Below, in pieces: positions 18,232 to 29,368 of a stretch of DNA of 64,000 nucleotides (its first letter is position 1; every line of letters begins with the position of its first letter). The position numbers and the translations under genes were made by a program. Under the pieces are notes generated by a model. The model was not told the origin of the DNA. It did not search any database and was given only the letters and a program-made list of their open reading frames with translations. Source of the DNA: Candidatus Latescibacterota bacterium (GTDB lineage: Bacteria; Latescibacterota; UBA2968; GCA-2709665); NCBI GenBank assembly GCA_963667175.2, contig CAXXXF010000014.1, positions 128,001 through 192,000 of the forward strand, in the 5' to 3' direction.

Positions 18232-19944
18232 CTACACGTTCCGGCGCCAGGCTTGAAACTCCGCCAAGGGCATCGCATTGAGTACATCTTCAGCCGTCAG
18301 TCCGCCCTTTCGGCCACAGCCCAGGCCGTGGTCCATCTGCTCCAGGCCCTCCACACTGTGGGCATCCGTATTGATGGCAATTTTCACGCCTCTTTCCAGC
18401 GCGTATCCGATATGGCGCCAGTCCATGTCCAGCCGCCGCGGATTGGCGTTCAGCTCAATGGCCGTATTGGACTCGGCCGCCGCGTCGATAACGGCGCGGT
18501 GATCCAGCGGATACCCCTCGCGAGCCAGCAACAGACGGCCCGTTGGGTGCCCCAGAATGTGCACGTGAGGGCTGCGCACCGCGCGCACGATCCGCTCGGT
18601 CGCTTCGGCCTCGGTCATGCCGAACCTGGAATGCACCGACGCGACGACAACGTCGAACTCCGCCAGGAATTCGTCCTCGAAGTCCAGACGCCCGTCGCCC
18701 AGGACATCCACCTCGATCCCCTTCAACACCCGGACGTCCGCGAGTTCCGCGTTGACACGCTCGATTTCCTCCCACTGGGCGCGGACCCGGTCCTCCGTCA
18801 GGCCGTTCGCGTATGCCGCCGCCTTGCTGTGGTCGCATATCCCGATATACGCGTATCCAAGATCCGCCGCAGCACTCGCCATCTCCATCACGTCCGCCCG
18901 GCCGTCGCTGTGCCGGGTATGCACGTGAAGCGTCCCCAGCAATTCCTCGCGTCTCACCAGCCGGGGAAACCCTCCGGCCGCGGCCCGTCGGACCTCGTCT
19001 TCTCCCTCCCGCAGTTCCGGTGGGACTTCGGCAAGACCCACCGCCTCGAACAGCGCCGCCTCGTCCTCACAGGGGATCCGGCGATCGCCGTCGAACAAAC
19101 CTCCTTCGTTCAGTCTCAATCCAGCTTTCGACGCCCTTTCGCGCATCCGGGCGACGTGCGATGCGCTGCCCGTCACGTGATGAAGCGCAGCCGAATACGC
19201 CTCCTCCTCGACGATCCACAAATTCGCGCGCATTCCGGAGTTCAACGCAACACGCAGCGGCATTGCTCCGGTTTCCAGGACTTCCTCCACCTCCCCGTAC
19301 CCCGCAAATGCTGCGGCAAGCCCTTCCGGATCCTTTGCGCACGCCACCAGGTCGATATCGCTGTGCGTTTCGCAGCGGCGCCGTATCGTTCCCGCCACGG
19401 CCAGCCGGTCCACGGTCGCCCGGTCCTCGAGATAGGCCTGAATCTTCTTCGCTTCATCGCGTGCGTTATTGCATAGAAACTGGCCGCGGTGCTTCTGCAT
19501 GTATTGAATGCCGTTCGCGATCCGTTCGGCGGTTTTCCTGCCGAAGCCGCTCATCGATTCCAGTTCACCGGAGTCGCAGGCTCTGGAGAGCGCATCGACG
19601 TCCACAATGCCCAGTTCTTCATAAATCGCCCGTACTCTCTTCGCCCCCAGCCCGGGAATCTCCGTCATCTCCATCAGCCCTTCCGGTACGGATGCCTTCA
19701 ATTCCTCCAGACCGGGAAGACGCCCCGTCTCCACGAGTTCGCCGATGCGTCCCGCGAGTCCCTTCCCCACGCCCCGGACCGTATCCAGCTTTCCCTCGGC
19801 TGCCAGTGTCGCTACCGGTTCCCCGTGGGAATCGATTGCCCGGGCGGCGTTGGCGTACGCGCGTAGGCGAAATCCACTCTCGCCGTTCAACGCCATCAAT
19901 TCCGCCATCTCTTCCAGGATCTCCGCGACGTCCCGGTTGTCCAT
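18232..19944 (-). CDS. polX: DNA polymerase X / PHP 3'-5' exonuclease (non-canonical polymerase site)
   Basis: FRLRAYANAA, HhH motifs GVGKG/PGLGAK, GTIRR..SDIDLV, PPELRE. PHP motifs HVHT.HSDG, DHS, GIE, HPTGR, NTDAH. ATG at 19944 with GGAGG. Confidence 0.92.
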   Translation of the reverse strand: MDNRDVAEILEEMAELMALNGESGFRLRAYANAARAIDSHGEPVATLAAEGKLDTVRGVGKGLAGRIGELVETGRLPGLEELKASVPEGLMEMTEIPGLGAKRVRAIYEELGIVDVDALSRACDSGELESMSGFGRKTAERIANGIQYMQKHRGQFLCNNARDEAKKIQAYLEDRATVDRLAVAGTIRRRCETHSDIDLVACAKDPEGLAAAFAGYGEVEEVLETGAMPLRVALNSGMRANLWIVEEEAYSAALHHVTGSASHVARMRERASKAGLRLNEGGLFDGDRRIPCEDEAALFEAVGLAEVPPELREGEDEVRRAAAGGFPRLVRREELLGTLHVHTRHSDGRADVMEMASAAADLGYAYIGICDHSKAAAYANGLTEDRVRAQWEEIERVNAELADVRVLKGIEVDVLGDGRLDFEDEFLAEFDVVVASVHSRFGMTEAEATERIVRAVRSPHVHILGHPTGRLLLAREGYPLDHRAVIDAAAESNTAIELNANPRRLDMDWRHIGYALERGVKIAINTDAHSVEGLEQMDHGLGCGRKGGLTAEDVLNAMPLAEFQAWRRNV

Positions 19945-20048
19945 TACGCCTCCGTTATCAGCATTCGGGCGGTGGTACGTATCTCTGACGCGCAGCCGTT
20001 CGCTCAAATCCGCACCTGAACCGCGCGGTTGCTCCTGAACGCGGCCGT

Positions 20049-20624
20049 CTACTCCGGCGCCCCGGCCCGGGTACGTCCGACGTCATCCAGCAACAGGTTG
20101 TTCTTCCGGATATAGAAGGGGGTGAGGGCAAATGTGATCATATTCACCACCAGACTCAGTATCGCAAGGACCTCGTGCAGGATCTGATAAAACGTGCGGC
20201 CGCCTTCCCCGCCGCTCCAGAGCAGGTCCGCGTGCGCGCCGCCGCCGATCATCGCCGCTGCCATGATCAGCAGAATGCCGAACGTCAGCAGGTAGAAGAA
20301 ACCGCCTTTGAACGCGCGGGCGCGGGCCAGAAACTCAGGGTCCAGGCCTCGCTCCCTGACCTCGGCCTTGATCGCCGAGCCCGTGCCCATAAAGTAGAAC
20401 ATCGTCGTCGTCTGTGTCAGAACCGTGAGAAACGCGGCCAGAAGGCCCACCTTCAGGTGGGCGCCCACGCTAACGGACATCCAGTCGAACCGCGACGCGT
20501 ACCCCATGCCGAAGCTCATCAGCAACAGGGGAATATTCACAACGAGCATGCCCAGAATGGCCGCCTGCATCGTCGTCGATCTTACGCCTTCGGAAGCGCC
20601 CGACCGTTGTGACTCCGTTTCCAC
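20049..20624 (-). CDS. integral membrane protein (about 4 TM)
   Basis: Four hydrophobic helices with His residues. Likely GTG start at 20624 after GGAGG/AGGA. Confidence 0.7.
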   Translation of the reverse strand: METESQRSGASEGVRSTTMQAAILGMLVVNIPLLLMSFGMGYASRFDWMSVSVGAHLKVGLLAAFLTVLTQTTTMFYFMGTGSAIKAEVRERGLDPEFLARARAFKGGFFYLLTFGILLIMAAAMIGGGAHADLLWSGGEGGRTFYQILHEVLAILSLVVNMITFALTPFYIRKNNLLLDDVGRTRAGAPE

Positions 20625-20789
20625 TCCTGACCTCCAGCCTGTGAATGCCAACCCGTTTACACCGGTCGCAGCCGCCCGCACCCGGCGCGAACCCCTCACG
20701 TGATTTTTATGGACATTCGGGTCGAAGACTTTATTTTCTATGGAATATAGACAGAGAAGGCAACGCCGTCAACTTCCTCACGTCAGCAG

Positions 20790-21836
20790 ATGCCTCAGCA
20801 TACGCCCATGGCGCAACGGTTGAACGCGGCCATTGCCGGACTGGGCCGCGCCGGATGGTCGAAGCATTTCAAGGATCTCAATGACGCGCCGGAATTTCAT
20901 CTCGACGCCGTCATCGACCCGCTCCCGGAACGCCGTGAAGAGGCGGCCGCGCTTTCCGGTTGCCGGACCTACGGGACCATGGACGCTTTCTGGCGAAGGG
21001 AACGCCCGGACGTGCTTGTTGTGGCGACCCCCACGAGGCTTCACGAGCGTCACGCCCGGAGGGCGCTCCGCGAAGGCTGTCACGTGATCCTCGAAAAGCC
21101 GATGACCACCACGCTGAAGTCGGCGGACCGCATTGTCGATGAAGCGGAACGGAACGGCCGCCGCGCGCTCGTCTACCAGCCGCATCGCCTTTCAGCGGAA
21201 ACGCAGACGCTCAAAGGGATCATCAATAGCGGGATCCTCGGCCCGGTCTACCTCATCCGCCGGTCGCTGACGCGTTACGTGCGGCGCAACGACTGGCAGA
21301 GCCTGCGAAAAAACGGCGGCGGCATGCTCAATAACTACGGCGCCCACTACATCGACCAGTTGCTGTATCTTTCAGACGGCACGCCCGTTTCAGATATCCG
21401 ATGCAACCTGTGGGCGGTCGCGACGCGCGGAGACGCGGACGACGTGGTCAGAATCTGGCTCAAGACCGAAGAGAACCAGCTACTCGATCTGGAAATCAAC
21501 CAGGCGGCGGCCCTGCCCCTTCCGCCCTGGCACGTCTGCGGGCAATACGGAACCCTCGTACAGTCAGAGAACGCCTTCCACATACGGTACTACGAGCCCG
21601 ACCAGGCGCCGGCCCTGGCCGTCATCGAAGGGGCTGCGCCGGGGCGCAGCTACGACAACCAGGACCGACTCCCCTGGCGGGAAGAGGCCGTGCCGATTCG
21701 TCCTGAAGCGCAACTCGACTTCTACGCGAACGTCCATGAGACGTTATCCCGAAACGCGGCGCCCCACGTCAAGCCCCATGAATCGCGTGAACTGATACGG
21801 GTCATCGAACAATGCCGAAAACGGGCTGTATTCTGA
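20790..21836 (+). CDS. Gfo/Idh/MocA family oxidoreductase
   Basis: AIAGLGRAG, VATPT..H, HVILEKP, GGGMLNNYGAHYIDQ. Confidence 0.9.
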   Translation: MPQHTPMAQRLNAAIAGLGRAGWSKHFKDLNDAPEFHLDAVIDPLPERREEAAALSGCRTYGTMDAFWRRERPDVLVVATPTRLHERHARRALREGCHVILEKPMTTTLKSADRIVDEAERNGRRALVYQPHRLSAETQTLKGIINSGILGPVYLIRRSLTRYVRRNDWQSLRKNGGGMLNNYGAHYIDQLLYLSDGTPVSDIRCNLWAVATRGDADDVVRIWLKTEENQLLDLEINQAAALPLPPWHVCGQYGTLVQSENAFHIRYYEPDQAPALAVIEGAAPGRSYDNQDRLPWREEAVPIRPEAQLDFYANVHETLSRNAAPHVKPHESRELIRVIEQCRKRAVF

Positions 21837-21847
21837 GAAGCTGTTTT

Positions 21848-22021
21848 TAACCTCAATTCGAAAAAGATAACCGCCAAATCAGCCACAAAAAGCACAAAAG
21901 GCACAAAAGGTATAGACGCCAATCGGCGTGTGTCGTAACGCCGTGACCCTGCAGAGTTTTCCTTGTCATTCGACGATACGCCCTGTAACAGATTAGCTGT
22001 TTTTGTGGATGATTCAGGTTG
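21848..22021. mobile_element. MITE-like element, family A
   Basis: Starts TAACCTCAATTCGAAAAAGA..ATCAGCCACAAAAAGCACAAAAG. Aligns over about 170 nt with 44673-44835. Confidence 0.75.
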
Positions 22022-22091
22022 TCGCCTTTTTCGTATTTTTCGCGTGTTTCGCAGTTTCTGATTTTTCTACGTCGTTTCTGAAAGGAGAGCG

Positions 22092-23157
22092 ATGCGCAAG
22101 TCTTCCCGTGCGTTTCTCGAAGCCATGCTCAATGCCCCGGGTCCATCCGGATACGAGGGTCCCGTTCGTGAGGTCTGGACGGCGGAAACGAAGAAAACGG
22201 CGGACAAGGTCACGGTCGACGCGCACGGCAACGCGATTGCCGTGCACAACGCCAAAGGCAGCCCGCGAATCATGCTGGCCGGACATATGGATGAACTGGG
22301 ATTTCAGGTCAACCATATCGACGACAACGGGTTCATCTACGTCAACACCATCGGCGGCTTCGACACGAATATCGTCCCGGGCAGGAAAGTCCGCATCCAT
22401 ACGTCATCCGGCGCCGTCCCGGGCGTCTTCGGCAAGAAACCGATCCATCTGATGACGGCGGAGGACCGGAAGAAAACGCCCGGAGTCCATGAACTCTGGA
22501 TCGACGTCGGCGCCGCAGACGCGAAAGAGGCCGGAAAAATCGTCGACGTCGGCGACCCCGTCACCTATGATCCCAATTTCGAAGTGATCCGCGGAGACCT
22601 GGCCGTCTCCCGCGCCTTCGACAACAAAATGGGCGCCTATATCGCGGCGGAGACCCTGCGCCGTGTCGCCCGCTCCGCGAAACCGTCCCGGGCCGCCCTG
22701 TTCGCCGTTGCCACGGTCCAGGAGGAGATCGGCCTGCGCGGCGCAAAAACCAGCGCGTACGGCATCGATCCGCATCTCGGTATCGGCCTGGACGTCGCCT
22801 GCGCGACCGATCACCCCGACGTCGACAAGCGCCGCGACGGCGACCTCAAGGTGGGCGCCGGGCCCGTCATCGCCCGCGGCGCCAACGTCAATCCGGTTGT
22901 CTTCAAGCGCCTCGTGGCCGCGGCGCGAGAGGCGGACGTGCCGGTTCAGATCGAAGCCGCGTCCGGCGGAACCGGAACCGACGCGAACGCCATACAGCTC
23001 ACACGCGCCGGCGTGGCCACCGGGCTGGTCAGCGTGGCGCTGCGCTATATGCACACACCCGTGGAAATCCTGTCTCTCAAGGACCTGGACCGGACCGTCG
23101 CCCTGCTCACGGAATTCATCCTGGCGATCCACACCGAAAACCCGGTTTATACCGTAA
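22092..23157 (+). CDS. M42 family metallo-aminopeptidase; frameshift near 23130
   Basis: GPSGYE, AGHMDELG, AFDNKMG, TVQEEIGLRGA, GTGTDA, RYMHTP. True end ...TPKTRFIP* at 23157. Confidence 0.9.
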
Positions 23158-23180
23158 TGCGCAGCGAATCCGGAGGCAAA

Positions 23181-24045
23181 ATGAAACTCTCCTGCACGTC
23201 TGTCATGCTGCCCCGATGGGATCTGGACCGCACGTTCGAAAAGCTGGCCGAACACGGGTACGACGGCATCGAACTGCGTTGCCGCTACAACCCCGGCGAC
23301 GATAGCGGAGGCCCCCTCATTCTGGGGCCGCCACCTCTCGGACGTCAGCCCCGATAACGTCATCCAAAAGGCCGAAGCGATCCGGGCCGCCGAAAGGCGT
23401 ACCGGGATACAGGTGATCGCCCTGGCCCCGAACGTCACGCTGGAAGACACCGACGTCGTGGAGAAACTGTTCCGCGGCGCGGCGGCGCTGAACCCTGACA
23501 GCCCGCCCATGATCCGCATCGGCGCGCCACGGCACGACCGGACGCAGCCCTACTGGCCCCAGTTCCTCAACGCGCGAGCGGGTCTCGCGAACCTCGCTGA
23601 AACCGCCCGGGATTATAACGTCAAAATTCTCTACGAGATTCACGTGGGCACCGTCGCCGTCACCTGTTCGCGCGCCATCGAACTGCTGCGCGACCTGGAG
23701 CCGGAGCATATCGGCGCCATCTACGATGTTCCGAACATGCTCCGCGTGGGCCTTGAAGACACCAGAATGGGCATGGAACTGCTCGGCCCCTATCTCGCGC
23801 ACTGCCACGTCGGAAACGGCAAACCCGTCTCCACCGGGCGCGACGGCACGGGCGCCCTTGAATGGGAATGGGACTTCGCCGACCTGAGGGAAGGGATTGC
23901 CGATATCGGCCAGATCATCCGCGATTTCAAAGACGTCGGCTACGCCGGGTACCTCTCGCTGGAAGACTTCGGGCCCGGCGACGACGACGCCAAGCTTGGC
24001 GAACAGGGCGCCTATCTGAGGCGGCTGCTTGAGAAGCTGTCTTAA
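23181..24045 (+). CDS. sugar phosphate isomerase/epimerase (xylose isomerase-like TIM barrel); frameshift near 23312
   Basis: GGAGG+ATG 23181, GYDGIELR, then in the other frame YEIH, YDVPN, HCHV, GYAGYLSLED. Confidence 0.85.
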
Positions 24046-24086
24046 AATCCCCAACGGCCTTCGCCCGGCTGCAAGGAGCACCGCCT

Positions 24087-25349
24087 ATGCCAGAACCTGA
24101 GTCCCGTGACCGACCCATCCGGGTGGGCGTCATCGGCGTGGGACGGGGCCGGAGCTTCGCCCGGGGCGCGACGGACGCCGTGGGAATGAAGCTCGTGGCG
24201 CTTTGCGACACCTGGAAGGAGAAGCTCGAACAGGTCGGCCGGGAATACGGGGTGTCCCACCTACACCGACTACGACCGTTTTCTAGAACATGAAATGGAC
24301 GCGGTCATCCTGGCGAACTACAGCCACGAGCACGCGCCCTTCGCAATCAAGGCGCTTCAGGCGGAAAAACACGTGATGAGCGAAACCGCCGCGTGCAAGA
24401 CGCTCGCCGAAGGCGTTGCGCTGTGCCGAGCGGTGGAAGCAAGCGGCCGCATCTACATGTTCGCCGAAAACTACCCCTTCTCCTCGGCAAACCAGGAACT
24501 GCGCAGGCTCTACCGTAGCGGAGAGATCGGAAACGTCACCTACGCCGAAGGCGAATACAACCACGCAGCCGAGGAAAACTGGCGACTGGGCATCTCCCCA
24601 GGCCTGAACCACTGGCGAAACTGGATTCCGCCCACGTACTACTGCAGCCACGCGCTCGCGCCCCTGATGTGCGTCACGGGGACCATGCCCGTTTCCGTCA
24701 ACGCGCTGTCCATCGTCGAAGAACCCACCCAGTCGCCGTATCGCGTGCGCGTGGGAGACCAGGGCGGTCTGATCCTGGTCCGGACGGACAACGGCGCCGT
24801 CTTCCGGATCCTGGGCCTGCAGCTGAGTTCCATCCACCGGGTGCGCTACGAAATTCACGGCGAACGGGGTCTCATCGCCACCGCTGAACCCAACCACTGG
24901 AGCTGCGTCCGCGTTCATCACGAAGACTGGCTGCGGACCAAAGGTCAGCCATTGGACCGGACCTACACCGCCGACTGGCCCGAACACGGCGATCTCGCCC
25001 GGAAGGCGGGGCCACGGCGGCGGGGACTTCTGGACGAATTTCCACTTCGCGCGCGCCATCCGATCCGGCCGTCAGCCCTATCTGAACGTGTACCGGGGCG
25101 TGGCGATGGCCGCCGTCGGCGTGCAGGCCTGGCGCTCCTGCCTGGAGAACGGCGCTCCGTTTCCGATTCCCGATTTCCGGCGGAAAACGGCATGCAGGCC
25201 CTACGCGGAGGACCACTGGTCGCCCTATCCCGAAGACGCCGGCCCCGGCCAGCCTCCCCCCAGCACCCGGGGCTACGTGAAGCCGGGCCCGGACGCCATC
25301 CATTCCGCTCGCGCGCGCTGGCGAAAGCTGGGGGTACGATCGCTTATGA
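24087..25349 (+). CDS. Gfo/Idh/MocA family oxidoreductase; three +1 indels (~24257, ~25010, ~25333)
   Basis: RVGVIGVGRG, HVMSE, YMFAENY, YAEGEYNH, PPTYYCSH, GHGGGDF spread across three frames. Confidence 0.85.
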
Positions 25350-26364
25350 CCGGATCGAAATCAGACGTTGTCATCACGGATTTCATTTCCAATCCCGATC
25401 TCGAGAGGGAAATCCTTCGCGGCGTTGCCGACGTCAGGGTTCTGAACGCGACCCGGGAAGACGAACTCGCGGGCCGGATCGAAACCGCCCACGCGATCAT
25501 ACCCTACCACTATATCGTCATCTCCGAGCTGACCCTGAACCGCCTGCAGAACTGCAAAGTCATCGTCCGGGGCGGCGTCGGCTTCGACAATGTTGACGTG
25601 GCCCGCGCGCGCGAACGGGGCATTCCCGTCTGCAACGTGCCCGATTACGGCACCGAAGACGTGGCCGATGCGGCCGTGGGCATGGCGGTTTCGATGATCC
25701 GGGGCGTCGCGTTTCTCAACTCCCGGCTGCGCGCGGCCCAGGGACCCTGGTCGCCCTCCCAGGCCGCGCCTCTGCAGCGGATCCGCGGCAGCGTTTTCGC
25801 GATTATCGGTCTGGGCCGGATCGGCACCGCCGCCGCCCTCCGCGCAAAGGCGCTGGGGATGGACGTGTGTTTCTACGACCCGTATAAGCCGGACGGATAT
25901 GCCAAGGCCCTCGGAATACGTCGCGTGGAAACCCTGGAGGACACCCTCGGCCAGGCCTTCACGCTCAGCATCCACTGCCCGCTGACGGACGAGACCCGCC
26001 GCCTGATCGACGCCGAAGCCATCGCGCGCATGCCCGACGGCGCGTACCTGGTGAACACCGCCCGCGGCGCGATTGTTGACACGTCGGCGATCCCGGACGC
26101 CGTCGCGTCCGGTCGTCTGGCCGGGGGCCGGGATCGACGTTTTCGAATGGGAACAGCTCCATGAGGAAGACCCCGCTCATCGTCGCCTGGCGGGACCCGG
26201 CCCACCCCGCGCACCATCGCGTGCTCCTGACGCCGCATTCCGCCTTCTACTCGGAGCAGAGCCTGACGGACCTGCGCGCCAGCACCGCCGAGACCTGCAG
26301 AAAGGCCCTGCTGGGCCAGCCGCTCAGAAATATCGTCAACCCTCCGGCAGGCAGAGGATCGTAG
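25346..26364 (+). CDS. D-isomer-specific 2-hydroxyacid dehydrogenase (CtBP-like); indels near 26125-26175
   Basis: GVGFDNVD, NVPDYGTEDVAD, GLGRIG, HCPLTDET, LVNTARG, LTPHSAFYS. ATGA overlap with the upstream gene. Confidence 0.9.
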
Positions 26365-26428
26365 CTGTTCGATCTCCACGGTTCCACCGATCGCCCGTGC
26401 CTGAAAGCGGAAAGGACCCGTCGACACC

Positions 26429-27934
26429 ATGCCATCCGATCAGAACATCCTCCTGCTTACCGACGGTCCCGGCGGAACGATCGCGTCCGATCTCGACATT
26501 CTGTACCCGGGCAGGGTCAGACGCCTGAACTTCGTGAGCGACCCTCACGACGAGGGCGTTCTCGGCGAGCATGAATTCGTCATCACCGTGATGAACGACG
26601 GGCGAAATCTGCGGATGCTGGACTACAATGCCGTCACGGCGTTCGCGGAATCCGGGGGGACAGGTCATCTCCTGCCTGTTCGAGTACGCGCGCAACCGCG
26701 GCCTGCACTTCAGCAAAACCCACGTGCAGGACCGGATCCGTCCGGAGATGCGAATCGAAATCGAGAACGACGTGACCCGCGGCTATGCCGCGGGCGACGC
26801 CTTATGGTGGTACGGCACCGTCACCAGCGCGCCGGACCAGACCTATGCAAACCAGATGTTCCAGCGACAGGTCCTGGGCGTGGACACCTCCGGAGACGTC
26901 ACGGTTCTGGGCATCTCCAATCTGAACAGCGGCGCCGTTATGCTGGAAGAGAAAGTCGGAGACGGCCGCATCGTGGCCATGGACCTCGTATCGCCGGTGC
27001 GCCCGTGGTACAATTCCTGGGGAAGCACGAACAAGTACCTCTTCCTCGGCAACGTCGTCAACAACGCCGTCCGTTACGGAAAACACTATCCGGAACGCCT
27101 CTCCTACGACGGTTTCGTCGACCTGATGTTCGACGTCGCGGATCAGTACCCCGACCTCCACGTCGAGGACGAAGGACGTTCCAGCGACGGCAGGCCGATC
27201 TATTCGCTGAACATCGGCGATGAAGCCAGCCCCACGATGAATTTTGGCGCCGCGATACACGGCTGGGAGTGGGAGAACGCGTACGGCCTGCTGCGCCTTG
27301 CGGAAGTCCTGTGCCGGAATCCGGAAGTGGAAGGGATGGACATCCGGAGCCTGCATTTCAAGATCCTGCCGGTGCAGAACCCGGGAGGATTCGACCGGTT
27401 CACCCGCCAGAATTCGAGGGGCGTAGACCTGAACCGCAACTTCGACTGCAACTGGGAGAACTTCCAATACACGCAGGGACGTGCGGATGCCCTGGGACTA
27501 CAATTACATGGGCGCCAATCCCGCGTCCGAACGGGAGACCCCGGGTCATCCAGCGCATCATCGACCGCTGCCGGCCGCTCTGCGTGATCGACTTCCATAC
27601 GGCCGATTATATCATGATGCTGCCCCACAAGGGAGACGGCGAACTGCTCGCAGCGATTCACGCCGATATCCGGGACCGTCTGAAAGACCGTTATCTGACC
27701 CAGAAACCGTACGCCGGCGCGTACCAGCAGGTCAATATGGACCGCATTACCGGATTCCGTCCACCCGAACCCTATTGCATCTCCTACGCGGCCGAGCGCG
27801 GCACGCCGGCCGCCTTCCTCATCGAAATGTCCGGCAATCGCGACGACGTTCACGCCCTCGTGATGAATACGGACACGGTCGTCGAAGTATGCCTCGCGGC
27901 CGTCAGGCAGTGTCTGCGAACCCGAAGCCGGTAG
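26429..27934 (+). CDS. M14 family zinc carboxypeptidase-like protein; three indels (~26655, ~27477, ~27540)
   Basis: GRSSDGRPI, IHGWE, NPGG, NSRGVDLNRNF, GANPASERE, IDFH, FLIE. Confidence 0.8.
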
Positions 27935-27981
27935 CCCGTAGCGACCGACAGACGGCTCGCCCGAATCAAAGGAGGCCCGCA

Positions 27982-28986
27982 GTGAACATCACCGAAGTCG
28001 ACCTCTTCGAAGTGGAAGTCCCGCCCATACCGCCCATTGCCAGATACCATCCCAAAATCTACTCCATCACGTTGTGTCGCATCCACACCGACGGCGGCAT
28101 CGAGGGCATCGGCGAATGCCAGGGCGAACCCGCCCAATTCGCCGAAACAGCCTCCGCGCTCACCGGGCAGGATGCCCTTTCCCTGGATCCGTTCGCGCAT
28201 CCCGATCCCTTCACGTGCGCGCTCCTGGACGTCGCCGGACAGGCCTGCGGCATCCCGCTCTGGCGATTCTTTGGGGAAAAGGTCCGCGACCGAATCCCCG
28301 TTTCCTACTGGTCCTGCGCCATGCAGCCCGATGAGACCGCGGCCGAAGCCGGGATCGGCGCCGGTCTGGGCTTCACCAACCACAAGCTCAAGGCGCGCCC
28401 GTGGAACATCGTGGAAACGGTCCGGCTCATGAAAGAGGCCGCCGGACCCGAATACACCGTCGGCGTCGATCCCAATACCGCATTTCAACGACCCAGCGTC
28501 GCCGCGCGCCTGGCCGGAGAACTGGAACCCTTCGGGACGGTCGCCAACTTCGAAGATCCCGTGCGAAAGAACAACCTGGACTGGTACCGACTCCTGCGTG
28601 AAAAGACCCATATCCCCATCGCGCTGCACCTGGGGCCACCTGGAGGGGTATTGAACGCGCTGAAGGCCGAATGCATCGACTACGTCAACCTGGGGGGGCC
28701 GGCGCAGCAGGTGAAGAAGGCCGCCGCCCTCGCGGAGGCCGACGACGTGCCCTGCTGGGTGCAGATGGGAGGGTTGTGCCTGGGCGTCCTCGCGGCCTAT
28801 TCCGTGCACGTACAGGCCACCATACCCAACGCGACCCTGCCATGCGACGAACTGCCGTTCACCCGCGTGGCCGACGTCGTGGACGGCGCCCTGGTCGTAG
28901 AGGACGGACACTTCATCCTGCCCGAAGGACCGGGCCTCGGCGTGAAGCTGGATATGGCGACGGTGGAAAAATACCGCACGGGCTGA
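27982..28986 (+). CDS. mandelate racemase/muconate lactonizing enzyme family (enolase superfamily)
   Basis: AAGGAGG+GTG 27982, GIEGIGE, KLK, VDPN, FEDP, PGLGV.LD. Confidence 0.9.
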   Translation: MNITEVDLFEVEVPPIPPIARYHPKIYSITLCRIHTDGGIEGIGECQGEPAQFAETASALTGQDALSLDPFAHPDPFTCALLDVAGQACGIPLWRFFGEKVRDRIPVSYWSCAMQPDETAAEAGIGAGLGFTNHKLKARPWNIVETVRLMKEAAGPEYTVGVDPNTAFQRPSVAARLAGELEPFGTVANFEDPVRKNNLDWYRLLREKTHIPIALHLGPPGGVLNALKAECIDYVNLGGPAQQVKKAAALAEADDVPCWVQMGGLCLGVLAAYSVHVQATIPNATLPCDELPFTRVADVVDGALVVEDGHFILPEGPGLGVKLDMATVEKYRTG

Positions 28987-29011
28987 ATCTCAACCATCAC
29001 CGGAGGTAACC

Positions 29012-29350
29012 ATGCTTCAACTCACGCAAACCGTCCTGGCGTTATACGGCGTCCTGCTGATCGCGGGCGGCGTGATGGGCAAGCTCAAGTCGGACAGTTC
29101 GGTCTCGCTCGCCGCGGGCGGCATCAGCGGTCTGGTTGCGCTCTACGCCTATTGGACCGGGCTGACCGATCCGGCAACGGGTTTACTCATCGGACTGATG
29201 CTTTCCCTGCTGCTTACCGGGATTTCGCTGAGCCGGTTCATCAGGACCCGAAAGCTGATGCCCGCGGGCGTTTTGCTCATTGCCAGCATCCTCACGGCCG
29301 CCCTCCTGTCGTATTCGCGAAATCAGCTCGGCGTGACCGGCCCCGTATGA
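29012..29350 (+). CDS. TMEM14 family membrane protein
   Basis: LYGVLLIAGGVMG..K..S..SLAAG..SG, RF..TRK.MPAG. GGAGG RBS. Confidence 0.8.
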   Translation: MLQLTQTVLALYGVLLIAGGVMGKLKSDSSVSLAAGGISGLVALYAYWTGLTDPATGLLIGLMLSLLLTGISLSRFIRTRKLMPAGVLLIASILTAALLSYSRNQLGVTGPV

Positions 29351-29368
29351 ACCGGGAGGTACGCATCC

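Noticed and set aside
22092-23357. Apparent M42 peptidase-epimerase fusion (421 aa)
   Set aside because: An extra C near 23130 bypasses the real stop at 23157, and the epimerase has its own GGAGG+ATG at 23181.
25088-26164. Apparent Gfo/Idh/MocA-dehydrogenase fusion
   Set aside because: Caused by an extra G near 25333. The true arrangement is an ATGA overlap at 25346-25349.
27481-28986. 501-aa enolase-family protein with a long N-terminal extension
   Set aside because: The extension is out-of-frame M14 sequence. The real start is GTG 27982 with AAGGAGG.
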